Below, one piece after another: positions 8,367-16,150 of a stretch of 44,026 nucleotides of DNA (position 1 is its first letter; each line of letters starts with the position of its first letter). Both the position numbers and the translations under genes were made by a program. The notes under the pieces are model-generated. The model searched no databases and was not told the DNA's origin. It saw nothing but the letters and a program-made list of their open reading frames with translations. The stretch covers positions 1-44,026 of IMG/VR virus record IMGVR_UViG_3300037762_000224, one strand, 5' to 3'. The stretch comes from a virus (Duplodnaviria > Caudoviricetes).

Positions 8367-8521
8367 GGCTGGTCGTCTCCTGTGGCTCGGTCAAGACACC
8401 AGAGGTCGGTCTCGTCGCGCAGCCAGCGCAGGGTGAACGCCGACGATGCGCCGGACTCGACCAACGCCTTGTGCTGCTCGTTGAGTTCCCGCCCGGTGAG
8501 TGGACGCGGTCGGTCGGTCAT
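8363..8521 (-). CDS. Small hypothetical protein (52 aa)
   Basis: MTDRPRPLTGRELNEQHK..., ATGA coupling on both sides. Confidence 0.55.
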   Translation of the reverse strand: MTDRPRPLTGRELNEQHKALVESGASSAFTLRWLRDETDLWCLDRATGDDQP

Positions 8522-8817
8522 GATTGGTGTCCTTGGAGGCCGCGGGTTTGGGCGAGCCAGGGGACGGCGAGGTCGAGTGCGTGGCGGAGCTGTTCGGCCT
8601 GCGCGGCGTTCAAATCGCCGCCGTTGGGGAGTTGGACGATCAGGGCGTGGTCGCCGTCGTCTCCGGTTTGTGCCCGGGTGACGTCGATGTACACCTTGAC
8701 GGGCTGGTCGATCCGCCCGGGGTCGATGACGGGTTCTTCGTCCGTGTTGACGATGTCGCCAGTGGTGGGGTCGTCGAGGTCGAGCTCGCCGGCGGGGTCG
8801 TGGGTGGTGGCGGTCAT
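8518..8817 (-). CDS. Acidic hypothetical protein (start may extend to GTG at 8967)
   Basis: GAGGA before MTATTHDP; the frame stays open upstream to a coupled GTG at 8967. Confidence 0.6.
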   Translation of the reverse strand: MTATTHDPAGELDLDDPTTGDIVNTDEEPVIDPGRIDQPVKVYIDVTRAQTGDDGDHALIVQLPNGGDLNAAQAEQLRHALDLAVPWLAQTRGLQGHQS

Positions 8818-8963
8818 GGGTGTCCTCGAGACGTTGGGGTTGGGCCAGCGGCCAGACCCGTAAGGGACGGTCGCATCGACAGCGAACAGGGGGGCGGCTT
8901 GGAGCCGGTAGGCGGCGGCGAGAATGGCCGCCGCTGCCGCCAGGGTGAGAACGAGTTCGGTTG

Positions 8964-9200
8964 TCACCGGTCCTCCTTCGTCATGCACACCCAGCAGCGG
9001 CCGTGCGTGAGTTCGGTCACCGTGTCGATCGCCTCTTCCCACGCCTGTTTCGGGCTGATGGGCATTGCTCCGGAGAACAGGCCTAGGGCATCTCGGAGCT
9101 CGACGATCAGGTCATGGGTTGTTGGCTCGGAGTCGCTCACTGGTCTTTCTTGTAGTGATGCGGTGTAGGGCCGCCAGCGGGCGAAATCGTCGGCGGTCAC
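8964..9200 (-). CDS. Hypothetical protein
   Basis: GTG coupled to the upstream stop; ELRDALGLFSGAMPISPKQAWEEA. Confidence 0.55.
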   Translation of the reverse strand: MTADDFARWRPYTASLQERPVSDSEPTTHDLIVELRDALGLFSGAMPISPKQAWEEAIDTVTELTHGRCWVCMTKEDR

Positions 9201-9478
9201 TTGTCCTCCTGTGGTCCGAGCCACCGCACCCACACGTACGCTTCGCCGTCGTCGTCTATTGCGCCCCTGGCTTCATATTCGGCCGGTTCAATCCCGGAGT
9301 AGAGTCCGTGCTTTATGCGAGTTGCCTGAGTTCGGGCGGCTGAGAGACTGGGTACAGGGAACACTCGTCCCCACTCGCCAGGACGTTCTCGTAGGGGGGC
9401 AAGTCGCGGTCCAATGGACGGCTTACTGCCATGCCGTGGTCTCTTGGCCGGCGGATCTTTGAACACGATCTCGCTCAT
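9197..9478 (-). CDS. Hypothetical protein
   Basis: MSEIVFKDPP...LRERPGEW...YVWVRW; GGAGG upstream. Confidence 0.7.
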   Translation of the reverse strand: MSEIVFKDPPAKRPRHGSKPSIGPRLAPLRERPGEWGRVFPVPSLSAARTQATRIKHGLYSGIEPAEYEARGAIDDDGEAYVWVRWLGPQEDK

Positions 9479-9687
9479 CGGTCCTCCATGGTGGGGTCGA
9501 TGCCGGGGTACGAGTGGATTTGGGCGTGGGCGATCTTGCGGCCGACGTCGACCCATAGTTCGTGCATGGCTTCGATGGTGGGGGTCCACACGTTGAGGTC
9601 GCCGAGTTCGGCGATGACGCCTTGGGGGTGGACACGGATGTGGATGTCGTCGGGGGTGATCCCGTAGATGACAGTGCTGGTGTACAT
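9475..9687 (-). CDS. Hypothetical protein
   Basis: AGGGAG upstream; coupled to the next gene. Confidence 0.65.
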   Translation of the reverse strand: MYTSTVIYGITPDDIHIRVHPQGVIAELGDLNVWTPTIEAMHELWVDVGRKIAHAQIHSYPGIDPTMEDR

Positions 9688-9706
9688 CTATGCTCCCTTG
9701 GGTCTG

Positions 9707-9747
9707 GTGCCCCGCCCTTTGGCTTCGCGGTCTTGGGGGCGGGGCAC
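9707..9747. promoter_or_regulatory. Intergenic hairpin upstream of a ribosome-binding site
   Basis: gtgccccgccc / gggcggggcac, 11-bp stem. Confidence 0.55.
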
Positions 9748-9751
9748 TTGG

Positions 9752-10000
9752 CTATTGAGATGTCAGTTCACGGACTTGGCGGTCGAACTGTTCCTTGGTG
9801 AGTCGTAGGCCGACGATTTGGACGGGCCAGACCCAGGACAGGTAGCGGCGGCTACCCGGGTAGAGGGCAATGCCGATGATCTTCCCCGGGTATCGATTGA
9901 GGTTGACCCGTGGCCGCTGCGGGTCCGCGGCCGTAGGGATGGTGAACCGGCCGACAGGGCGACGCCAGGAGCCGTAGCGGGCTTTCGTGAGTCGGATCAC
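9752..10000 (-). CDS. Basic hypothetical protein
   Basis: Likely GTG start at 10000 (VIRLTKARYGSW), directly after the hairpin array. Confidence 0.55.
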   Translation of the reverse strand: MIRLTKARYGSWRRPVGRFTIPTAADPQRPRVNLNRYPGKIIGIALYPGSRRYLSWVWPVQIVGLRLTKEQFDRQVRELTSQ

Positions 10001-10020
10001 GTCAGGGTCTTTCGGTTGTT

Positions 10021-10265
10021 GCCCCGGGTGGGCGGACGGGGGGGTGTCCGGCGTCCACCCGGGGCGTCCCCAACCCGGCGGTGAGACGGTTCCGGGTTGG
10101 GGGGCCGGCGGTCCAACGTGAGGCGAAACCACGTTGTAGGAGGGAACCGCCGGACAAGAAGTGGTGTGCGTGGTCTGGGCTGCGGTGCCCCCCTGGGGTG
10201 GGCGTAGATGGGGGCGTGCAGCTCCTGGCGGGTAGGCGGTCGCCGGGCACGGACCAGACCACGCA
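10021..10265. ncRNA. Candidate structured RNA element: four abutting long hairpins
   Basis: Outer stems 10021-10065 (11 bp), 10068-10102 (11 bp), 10105-10153 (8 bp plus inner 7 bp), 10167-10265 (12 bp, branched). Confidence 0.55.
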
Positions 10266-10270
10266 GAACA

Positions 10271-10588
10271 TCACTGGGCCTCCTGGCGTGGGAGGGCGGC
10301 GACCTCGCCCAACAAGGCACTCCAACGGTCTACGAGGACACTGCTGTTCGGTTCACCGTCCGGGTCGTCCATCCAATCGAGTGCTGCTTTGAGTTCAGCG
10401 GCAAGGTCGTCGGCGAGGCGGGCCGCCCGCACATCAGCCACCAGGGCGTCATACGCGGCGTCGAACTGCGGTTGTGCTACCTGGGCACCGTGGGTGCCGG
10501 GCAGCGCTTCCCATGGCTCGAGCGCTTCACCCGCGCCGAACAGGAACCAGAGCGTGCCGTCGTCGTCGACAGTCCAGTGGGCGGTCAT
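10271..10588 (-). CDS. Hypothetical protein
   Basis: MTAHWTVDDDG..., ATGA coupled. Confidence 0.65.
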   Translation of the reverse strand: MTAHWTVDDDGTLWFLFGAGEALEPWEALPGTHGAQVAQPQFDAAYDALVADVRAARLADDLAAELKAALDWMDDPDGEPNSSVLVDRWSALLGEVAALPRQEAQ

Positions 10589-10698
10589 TTGTCGCCCCGG
10601 TAGCTCGAGACGGCGAGGACGACACCGGCGACGAGGACGACAGCGGCGAGGGTCATGGCGCCGACGGCGAGCGTCCCAGCGAAACCGGCGGCAGTCAT
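10585..10698 (-). CDS. Small membrane protein (37 aa)
   Basis: MTAAGFAGTLAVGAMTLAAVVLVAGVVLAVSSYRGDK; coupled on both sides. Confidence 0.55.
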   Translation of the reverse strand: MTAAGFAGTLAVGAMTLAAVVLVAGVVLAVSSYRGDK

Positions 10699-10967
10699 GG
10701 GGCTTCCTGCATGACGCCTGTGCAATCGAGGGCTTCGTCGTCGGCGTACCCGCAGGCGCAGCAGGGCTTCTCGTCGTTGAGCCAGCAGGTGCAGTGTTCG
10801 CCGTTGCCTTGGTGATGCTGGTTATCGGTGCGCTTCTGCATCTCACCGCAGAGGCACCAGTCGCCAACGCTGGTCGGGGTGTTCCACCAGTGGACGCTGG
10901 TTTCACCGATGGTGCGGCACTTCACAGGGTCACCGGGACGACCGAGCACGGAATCGATGGCGGTCAT
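10695..10967 (-). CDS. Cys-rich hypothetical protein
   Basis: WCLCGE, HCTCW, PCCACG. Confidence 0.6.
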   Translation of the reverse strand: MTAIDSVLGRPGDPVKCRTIGETSVHWWNTPTSVGDWCLCGEMQKRTDNQHHQGNGEHCTCWLNDEKPCCACGYADDEALDCTGVMQEAP

Positions 10968-11050
10968 CGTTTGGCCTTGGCTTGTTTGGTGGTGGCGACG
11001 GCGGGGGCGAGGATGCGGGCTACCTGCCGGGCCACCTCACGCTCCGTCAT
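10964..11050 (-). CDS. Very small hypothetical protein (28 aa)
   Basis: MTEREVARQVARILAP..., ATGA coupling on both sides. Confidence 0.45.
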   Translation of the reverse strand: MTEREVARQVARILAPAVATTKQAKAKR

Positions 11051-11310
11051 GACCCGTCTCCGATCCATTCCCAGCCGGCTTCGTAGTCGGCTGGGGAGAT
11101 CGGGTACGACCGGCCGTTGGGGCGGCGGATGACGAAGTCGTCGGGGTGGGCGACATGCTCGCCTTCGCGGGTGTGGATGATGAGTTCGCCGCGGAGGGTC
11201 TGGTAGGCGTCGGGGCCTGCCCAGGTGCAGATGGCGTCGGCGTTGTCGCCGTCGTACTGGAATGCCTGGGCGACGGTGGGGAGGTGACGGACACGCATCG
11301 GACCGGTCAC
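11047..11310 (-). CDS. Conserved phage hypothetical protein
   Basis: AQAFQYDGDN...I.T.EG...A..DDFVIR...YP....YEA.WE, a widespread phage family pattern. Confidence 0.75.
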   Translation of the reverse strand: MTGPMRVRHLPTVAQAFQYDGDNADAICTWAGPDAYQTLRGELIIHTREGEHVAHPDDFVIRRPNGRSYPISPADYEAGWEWIGDGS

Positions 11311-11498
11311 GGCCGCACCCCTTCACCGAAAGCCCAGTCGAGCGACGCGTCGTCGCACTGCTCGATGTCGACCTTCTGGTCGGGACGGTCACCCTCGACG
11401 AAATACAGAAAGTCCTCCGCTGCCTGGCGTGCCGACAACGGGTTCATGGGGTCGATGGGCGTGTCGTCGACCATCACGTACCAGTAGCGACCAGTCAC
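11307..11498 (-). CDS. Hypothetical protein
   Basis: GTGA coupled. Confidence 0.6.
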   Translation of the reverse strand: MTGRYWYVMVDDTPIDPMNPLSARQAAEDFLYFVEGDRPDQKVDIEQCDDASLDWAFGEGVRP

Positions 11499-11950
11499 GA
11501 GTCCAACCCGACGAGGGTGATGCCGAGTTCATGGGCGTAGGCGAGGTACATGGCGAGGCTGCCGGTGCGGCCGCGTTCGAGGCCGCTGATGGTGGTCTGG
11601 TCGGCGTTGAGGACGGCGGCGAGGTCAACTTGGGTACGGCCGGCGGCTTTGCGGGCTTCGAGTAGCCGGGCCCCCCAGGCGACTCGGACGTCTTGGGCGG
11701 TAGAGGGTGGTGGGGGTGGCGGCGGTGGGGGTGGCTTGGGGTGCGGGTCGCCGGGCGGCTTCTTGTGCCCGCACAGGGGGCACTGGCCAGTGTCGATCTG
11801 CCCGAAGCAGGAACGGGTGAGCTCGTCGAGGAGCCCGGCGTGGTTGAGCCGGTCGATGAGCTGTTCCCAGGATTCGGCGAGGAGGCCGACTCGGGCGGCG
11901 AGCTCACCGGCGTCGACGAACGTGTCGATGATCTGGTCGGTGACGGTCAT
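11495..11950 (-). CDS. XRE-family HTH protein with N-terminal CxxC and poly-Pro linker
   Basis: CPLCG; run of nine Pro; GARLLEARKAAGRTQVDLAAVLNADQTTISGLERG. Confidence 0.8.
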   Translation of the reverse strand: MTVTDQIIDTFVDAGELAARVGLLAESWEQLIDRLNHAGLLDELTRSCFGQIDTGQCPLCGHKKPPGDPHPKPPPPPPPPPPSTAQDVRVAWGARLLEARKAAGRTQVDLAAVLNADQTTISGLERGRTGSLAMYLAYAHELGITLVGLDS

Positions 11951-12183
11951 GCCACGACCTCGTCGGATTCGTCGTCGGTGATGCTGGTGATGCTGGCGAT
12001 GTCTTCGATGTCGACGCCGAGGGCGTCGGCGAGCCGCAGCGCGGTGGGGGGGAGGATTCCGACGGGGCTGGTTTCGAGGTCGGAGATGCGTTGCTTGCTG
12101 ACGCGGGAGAGGGCGGCGAGTGCGGTGATGGTGTGCCCTTGGCGTTCTCGGGCGGCGCGGAGGGCGGCGGGCTTGGACTTCAT
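11947..12183 (-). CDS. Cro-like XRE HTH protein (probably leaderless mRNA)
   Basis: LRAARERQGHTITALAALSRVSKQRISDLE...LADALGV; first gene of the early operon, divergent from the repressor. Confidence 0.85.
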   Translation of the reverse strand: MKSKPAALRAARERQGHTITALAALSRVSKQRISDLETSPVGILPPTALRLADALGVDIEDIASITSITDDESDEVVA

Positions 12184-12269
12184 GTCCGGCACCATATCCG
12201 GATGTGTCCGGAACCGTCAACCCCCTGTCAGTTGACACTCCCGGACATGCCCGGACATAGTGGGTGTTA
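12183..12269. promoter_or_regulatory. Divergent lysis/lysogeny promoters with CCGGA operator repeats
   Basis: Minus: TTGACG (12220-12215)-N18-TATGGT (12196-12191)-N7-ATG. Plus: TTGACA (12232-12237)-N18-CATAGT (12256-12261)-N7-ATG. Five CCGG(A)-containing repeats. Confidence 0.8.
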
Positions 12270-12619
12270 TGGCCGACGAAGCATGGAAGCGCGTCGCCAC
12301 CCAAGTTCGCTCCCGCCGCAACGACCGCCGCATGAGCCAACAGGAGCTGGCAAGCGCAGCAGGAACAACCGACCGACTCATCAGATCGATCGAAAAAGCT
12401 GAACGCACCACCTACCTGCGCCCGACTCTGCGCGCCGTCTCAGAAGCCCTCGGCTGGTCGGCCGACAGCATCGACCGCATCCTCAACGGCCAAACCCCCA
12501 TCGTCCTCGACGCCCCCATCGACGCCACGCCCGCAGACCTACGGGCCGAGGTCGACCGGCTGCGCGGCGAAGTGAATGCCCTACGCGCCGCGTTCGATCG
12601 ACTGGCGGAGACGCGCTAG
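12269..12619 (+). CDS. Immunity repressor (XRE HTH)
   Basis: VRSRRNDRRMSQQELASAAGTTDRLIRSIEK...LRAVSEALGW..DSIDRIL.G; C-terminal coiled coil; divergent from the Cro-like gene. Confidence 0.85.
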   Translation: MADEAWKRVATQVRSRRNDRRMSQQELASAAGTTDRLIRSIEKAERTTYLRPTLRAVSEALGWSADSIDRILNGQTPIVLDAPIDATPADLRAEVDRLRGEVNALRAAFDRLAETR

Positions 12620-12928
12620 TTCGTCACGGGCACCCCGGATGCTCACGCACGCCTCACGCTCCATGTCATCCAAACGTTCCATCACGATGGCCTCGACTTC
12701 GGCCAGGTCGGTGGTTGTGGCGGGGCAGGTGGGGGGTTGGGGTCGGCAGGCGTAGCCGATGAGGGTGATGGCACCGACGGCGAGGACGATGCGGGCGGTG
12801 CCGGGGTCGATGGTGGTGACGGCGATGAGCATGAGCGTCCCGTTGCTCATGGCTGCGACCCTCCCCAACTTCCGGTTGAGGGTGTCCGTGACCCATTGTC
12901 TTGGTCCGTCGTCGATGATGGCTGCCAT
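12581..12928 (-). CDS. Membrane protein (2 TM)
   Basis: TLMLIAVTTI / IVLAVGAITLIGYAC; convergent 39-nt overlap with the repressor. Confidence 0.55.
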   Translation of the reverse strand: MAAIIDDGPRQWVTDTLNRKLGRVAAMSNGTLMLIAVTTIDPGTARIVLAVGAITLIGYACRPQPPTCPATTTDLAEVEAIVMERLDDMEREACVSIRGARDELARLRQSIERGA

Positions 12929-13050
12929 AGCCCGTCCGTCCGCCTTTCCCCCACCCGTCACGTAGTGACAGGCGTACACACTGCCCGTGACACCCCCGGC
13001 ACGTCAAGAGGTCATGTCGCAGACGGTGGCGGAGCGCCGTGTAGGATGAG

Positions 13051-13170
13051 GCCCGTCTTCATTAAAGGGCACGCGGCGCCCGGCTTGTAGTAGCGGCCGA
13101 GCCTGGGGCAGCGGCACTGATCCGACCGGTACACGGGTACCGCCGGGGAGTCGCTGCCCCTAGCGCCGCA
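13051..13170 (+). other. Structured intergenic element next to the integrase (small RNA and/or attP)
   Basis: gcggcgc/gcgccgc closing stem; cggct/ggccg; ggggcagcggc/gtcgctgcccc; cggtac/gtaccg; TAGGAT at 13042. Confidence 0.45.
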
Positions 13171-13175
13171 CCTCT

Positions 13176-14576
13176 TTACTCCCACACTGGCCGCAACGCC
13201 GCCAGCCGTTCAGCCACCGGTACGACGTGCCCGTCGGGGGTGCGGCCGGGTGCGACGGGGATGGGGCAGTTGGCGGCCAGTCGGATGACCTCACGGCGAC
13301 CGGGAATGTCGAGCACGGCCCAGCCGGCCGCCATGTCTTTGGCGGTGATCCCGGCGCCGCCGGCGAGGCGTTGGGCGCCCGCGAGGCGGGCTTCGATCTC
13401 GGCCCGCCGCGCCTTCAACACGGCGGTGGCGGCGGTGTGGGCGTCGTCGCCCATCACCCCGCTGGCCCACTGCTGTGCCGAGAGGATCTCGCGGCGGTCG
13501 ATCTCGTCGAGCTCAGCCTTGGCCGCGCCCATGGCCGGGTCGCCGTAGGCGAGGAAGGCATCCAACACGGCGACGAAGATGGGCCGCTCGAGCCAGGCGC
13601 CGACCGTGTCGGCCACGTACGTTTCGGTGGGCCCGGCGACGATGGAGGTGCGCCCGCAGCCTTTCCCGGTGGTGGTCTCGACCAGGTGGCACCGGTACTG
13701 GGCCTGCCGCCGGTGGCTGTACCAGTACAGTTTCCGGCCGCAGTGGTGGCAGGCCAACAGCCCGGTCAACAGGTGTTTGTCGGAGGGCGGGCGGCCGGCA
13801 CGGCGGCCCGCGGTGTCGGCCCGCAGGAGTTCCCATGTGCCGCGGTCGAGGATGGCGGGCCAGGTGGCTTCGCCGACGATCTGGCCGTGGTAGGCGCGCA
13901 GCCCGGCGATGTGAGGCGAGGTGAGGACGCGGCGCAGGGTGCGGATCTCCCACCGCTGCCCGCTGGTGTTGCGTACCCCGTTGGCGTTCAACGTTTCGAC
14001 CTGTGAGCGCCACGACCCGCCGGCCAGGATGCCCGCCGCCACCTCACGGAGCGCATTGGCTTCCTCTGGTACGAGGGCGGTGCGTTTCTCGGTGAGGCCG
14101 AACGGCCGGCGGCCCCCGCCACTGTGTCGGCCCTGGGCAGCGCGTTCCTTCTTCGCCCGGGACACGAGTTCCCCGATGCGTTCGACTTGTTGGCGGGCAA
14201 CGGCGCCAAGGATGCGGGCGACCATGCGGCCCGAAGGGGTCGACAGGTCGACATCACCCGCTTGGACGGTGGCAACATCGGCACCCACGGCCTGGACGGT
14301 ATCGACGAAGCGTTCCAGGTCGCGGGGGTGCCGGTAGAGCCGGTCGGGGTGATAGGCGATGACAGTCGTTAGTTGACCGGCGGCGATGTCGGCGAGGAGC
14401 CGTTCGTACTCGGGGCGCCGTTTGCCGTGGTATGCCGACACGTCGTTGTCGACGTATTCGGCGAGGTCGGTCCAGCCGCGTTGGGCGGCGAGGGCGCGGC
14501 AGTCGGCGAGCTGGCGGGCGACACCCTCGCCATCCTGGCGATCCAAACTGATCCGCGCATAGATGCCAGCGGTCAC
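13176..14576 (-). CDS. int: Large serine recombinase (integrase)
   Basis: YARIS catalytic Ser, DNDVSA, RPEYERLL, DRLYR, recombinase domain, LLTGLLACHHCG Zn ribbon. Confidence 0.95.
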   Translation of the reverse strand: MTAGIYARISLDRQDGEGVARQLADCRALAAQRGWTDLAEYVDNDVSAYHGKRRPEYERLLADIAAGQLTTVIAYHPDRLYRHPRDLERFVDTVQAVGADVATVQAGDVDLSTPSGRMVARILGAVARQQVERIGELVSRAKKERAAQGRHSGGGRRPFGLTEKRTALVPEEANALREVAAGILAGGSWRSQVETLNANGVRNTSGQRWEIRTLRRVLTSPHIAGLRAYHGQIVGEATWPAILDRGTWELLRADTAGRRAGRPPSDKHLLTGLLACHHCGRKLYWYSHRRQAQYRCHLVETTTGKGCGRTSIVAGPTETYVADTVGAWLERPIFVAVLDAFLAYGDPAMGAAKAELDEIDRREILSAQQWASGVMGDDAHTAATAVLKARRAEIEARLAGAQRLAGGAGITAKDMAAGWAVLDIPGRREVIRLAANCPIPVAPGRTPDGHVVPVAERLAALRPVWE

Positions 14577-14591
14577 GGGTCCAGGAAAGTC

Positions 14592-14864
14592 CTAGTACTC
14601 AACCGTGATCTTGATGCGCTCATGCTTGCGGATCGCGTCGATCAGGGCTTCCGCGTCCTCCACAAGTTCATCAACACCGCCAGCGTCTTTCACGCCGTGA
14701 AGCCACTCGATGTCTTCCCTACCGAGTTCCTTGCCGTTGATGTACGTGGTGTCTCCGTGGCCGAGTCGGCGAACGAGTGCGTCACGCATGGCGAGGCCGA
14801 CGCCTCCGCCTGGCGGCATGGGTGTTGCTGGTGACCAGTACGTCGATGCGCTCATGTCACTCAC
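14592..14864 (-). CDS. Hypothetical protein
   Basis: GTGA coupled; WL.G..DAG...DAEALIDAIRKH. Confidence 0.7.
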   Translation of the reverse strand: MSDMSASTYWSPATPMPPGGGVGLAMRDALVRRLGHGDTTYINGKELGREDIEWLHGVKDAGGVDELVEDAEALIDAIRKHERIKITVEY

Positions 14865-15175
14865 CTGCGGTCCTTGCTTGCGTCGAGTACGGAGGCGATG
14901 TAGCTACCGACCTCATGCGTGACCTCTTCCCACTCATGGGAAGCCATGCCGGCCAGGTTGTCGCGGATGTTCCGTAGGGCGGACCGAAGCAAGGTGTTGT
15001 TGTCGAGGGCGTGCCCGACCCACGGCTTCCAGTCCAGTTCGATCGAGGTCTTGAGCCGGTTGACCTCGTCTTGTAGTCCTTCCGCCGACTCAGTCACGGG
15101 GTCCGGTGCGAAGGTGACGTGTAGGTCGTCGCCTCGGTGGAGCTTGAGGTCGTGGGTTGTCATGGCCGCCATCAT
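14861..15175 (-). CDS. Hypothetical protein
   Basis: Helical-looking ORF heading the minus-strand unit that continues into the integrase. Confidence 0.65.
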   Translation of the reverse strand: MMAAMTTHDLKLHRGDDLHVTFAPDPVTESAEGLQDEVNRLKTSIELDWKPWVGHALDNNTLLRSALRNIRDNLAGMASHEWEEVTHEVGSYIASVLDASKDRR

Positions 15176-15234
15176 GCACTCATGTACCCCACCTGTCTAG
15201 TTCGTCTTGACCAACAGTCCCATACAGGTACACC

Positions 15235-15700
15235 CCCTGGTGATGGAAACGCAGGTCACCGCAGGGTAGGCGACGCGCAGAGGCCCCCGCCCACTCACCT
15301 TCCGGTATACGCCGGTCAGCGGGTACGGGGGCCTTGCGAACCCGGCCCCCAGAAGAGGACGGGTGGGAAGTCTTCCCTGAGACGATCGGAATGGTAGTGG
15401 GCGTGAGACGGGATTGCCTACCCGCATCATCGCCCAACCTGGTCGGTTGCAGGACTGCGACGAACCGAGAGTGTGCTGCGAAGCAACCCGGCCCCGAGGC
15501 GCTACCCCCGTGGGAAACTCACGTCGTCTCACCGGATCGGCCTGACGAGTAGAGCAGCGGATCCTCTCGTACCTTGTCCCTCCCCGGTTGGAGGGAGGGC
15601 ATTCAGTCACCCACACCTCACCCATGCGCATGGGCAAGGTCCACTACCGGAGGCGCACTATGAACGCGCCGGATGACGAAGTCAAGGAGACACCCGTCAC
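15235..15700 (+). ncRNA. Candidate large structured non-coding RNA
   Basis: Long intergenic region with no credible ORF; nested long-range helices with G-U pairs on the plus strand; promoter-like TTGACC-N16-TACACC at 15207-15234. Confidence 0.55.
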
Positions 15701-15704
15701 CTGG

Positions 15705-15788
15705 GACGTTTGGCCCTTGACGTTGGCGGTACGGTGAGGTTGCCCGGGTGTGGTGTCCGGGACCCCTAGCGTGAGGAGAGCGAACATG
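15705..15788 (+). promoter_or_regulatory. Promoter/operator cassette, copy 2
   Basis: GACGTTTGGCCCTTGACG...CCCGGGTGTGGTGTCCGGGACCCCTAGCGTGAGGAGAG..ATG; matches 899-802 on the minus strand. Confidence 0.65.
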
Positions 15789-16139
15789 GCCATAGACGAT
15801 GAGATGATCGTCGAACGCATCATGGACAAGGCAGCTCAAGCCGACCGGCGTGCACTGTTCGCCGCTGTGCAGGCTGCGCTCGGTCCGATCATCGACACCG
15901 AGTACGGCATGTACCGCGGCCAAGGTTTGGAACGGGTCGAGAGGGCTTTGGACGTCGGAGCCGAGTTCGGTTCGCCTGAACAGATCGCACACATAAAATT
16001 CACCAAACGCCTGATCGACGCCATCCCTGACGACATGCTCATTCGACTTGCTGTGGATCGAGTCGGGAGAGCAGCTGCTCTTGACGCCCTGTCCGAGGGC
16101 ATGAAGTTCGTCCGCCTGCCGACACCCGATGGCGATTGA
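15786..16139 (+). CDS. Hypothetical protein
   Basis: GAGGAG RBS, then MAIDDEM. Confidence 0.75.
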   Translation: MAIDDEMIVERIMDKAAQADRRALFAAVQAALGPIIDTEYGMYRGQGLERVERALDVGAEFGSPEQIAHIKFTKRLIDAIPDDMLIRLAVDRVGRAAALDALSEGMKFVRLPTPDGD

Positions 16140-16150
16140 GTGGAAGTGGA

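Noticed and set aside
13073-13172. tRNA gene
   Set aside because: A 7-bp closing stem is present but there is no TTCRA T-loop, anticodon arm or CCA.
15505-15556. Hammerhead-like words GAAAC (15514) and CTGACGAG (15542)
   Set aside because: Stems I, II and III cannot be formed with the required adjacency: there is no C before GAAA and no stem I directly after a UH triplet.
15260-15705. Resemblance to group I intron elements (GCAGGACTGCGACG / CAGTC) or group II domain V (GCCGGATGACG...CGTCACCTGG)
   Set aside because: Matches are partial, with no convincing P3 or domain V bulge, and no interrupted gene flanks the region. Left to a covariance-model search.
15137-15992. Several 60-146 aa ORFs across the large intergenic gap
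   Set aside because: They overlap on both strands, lack an RBS or coupling, and have atypical composition.
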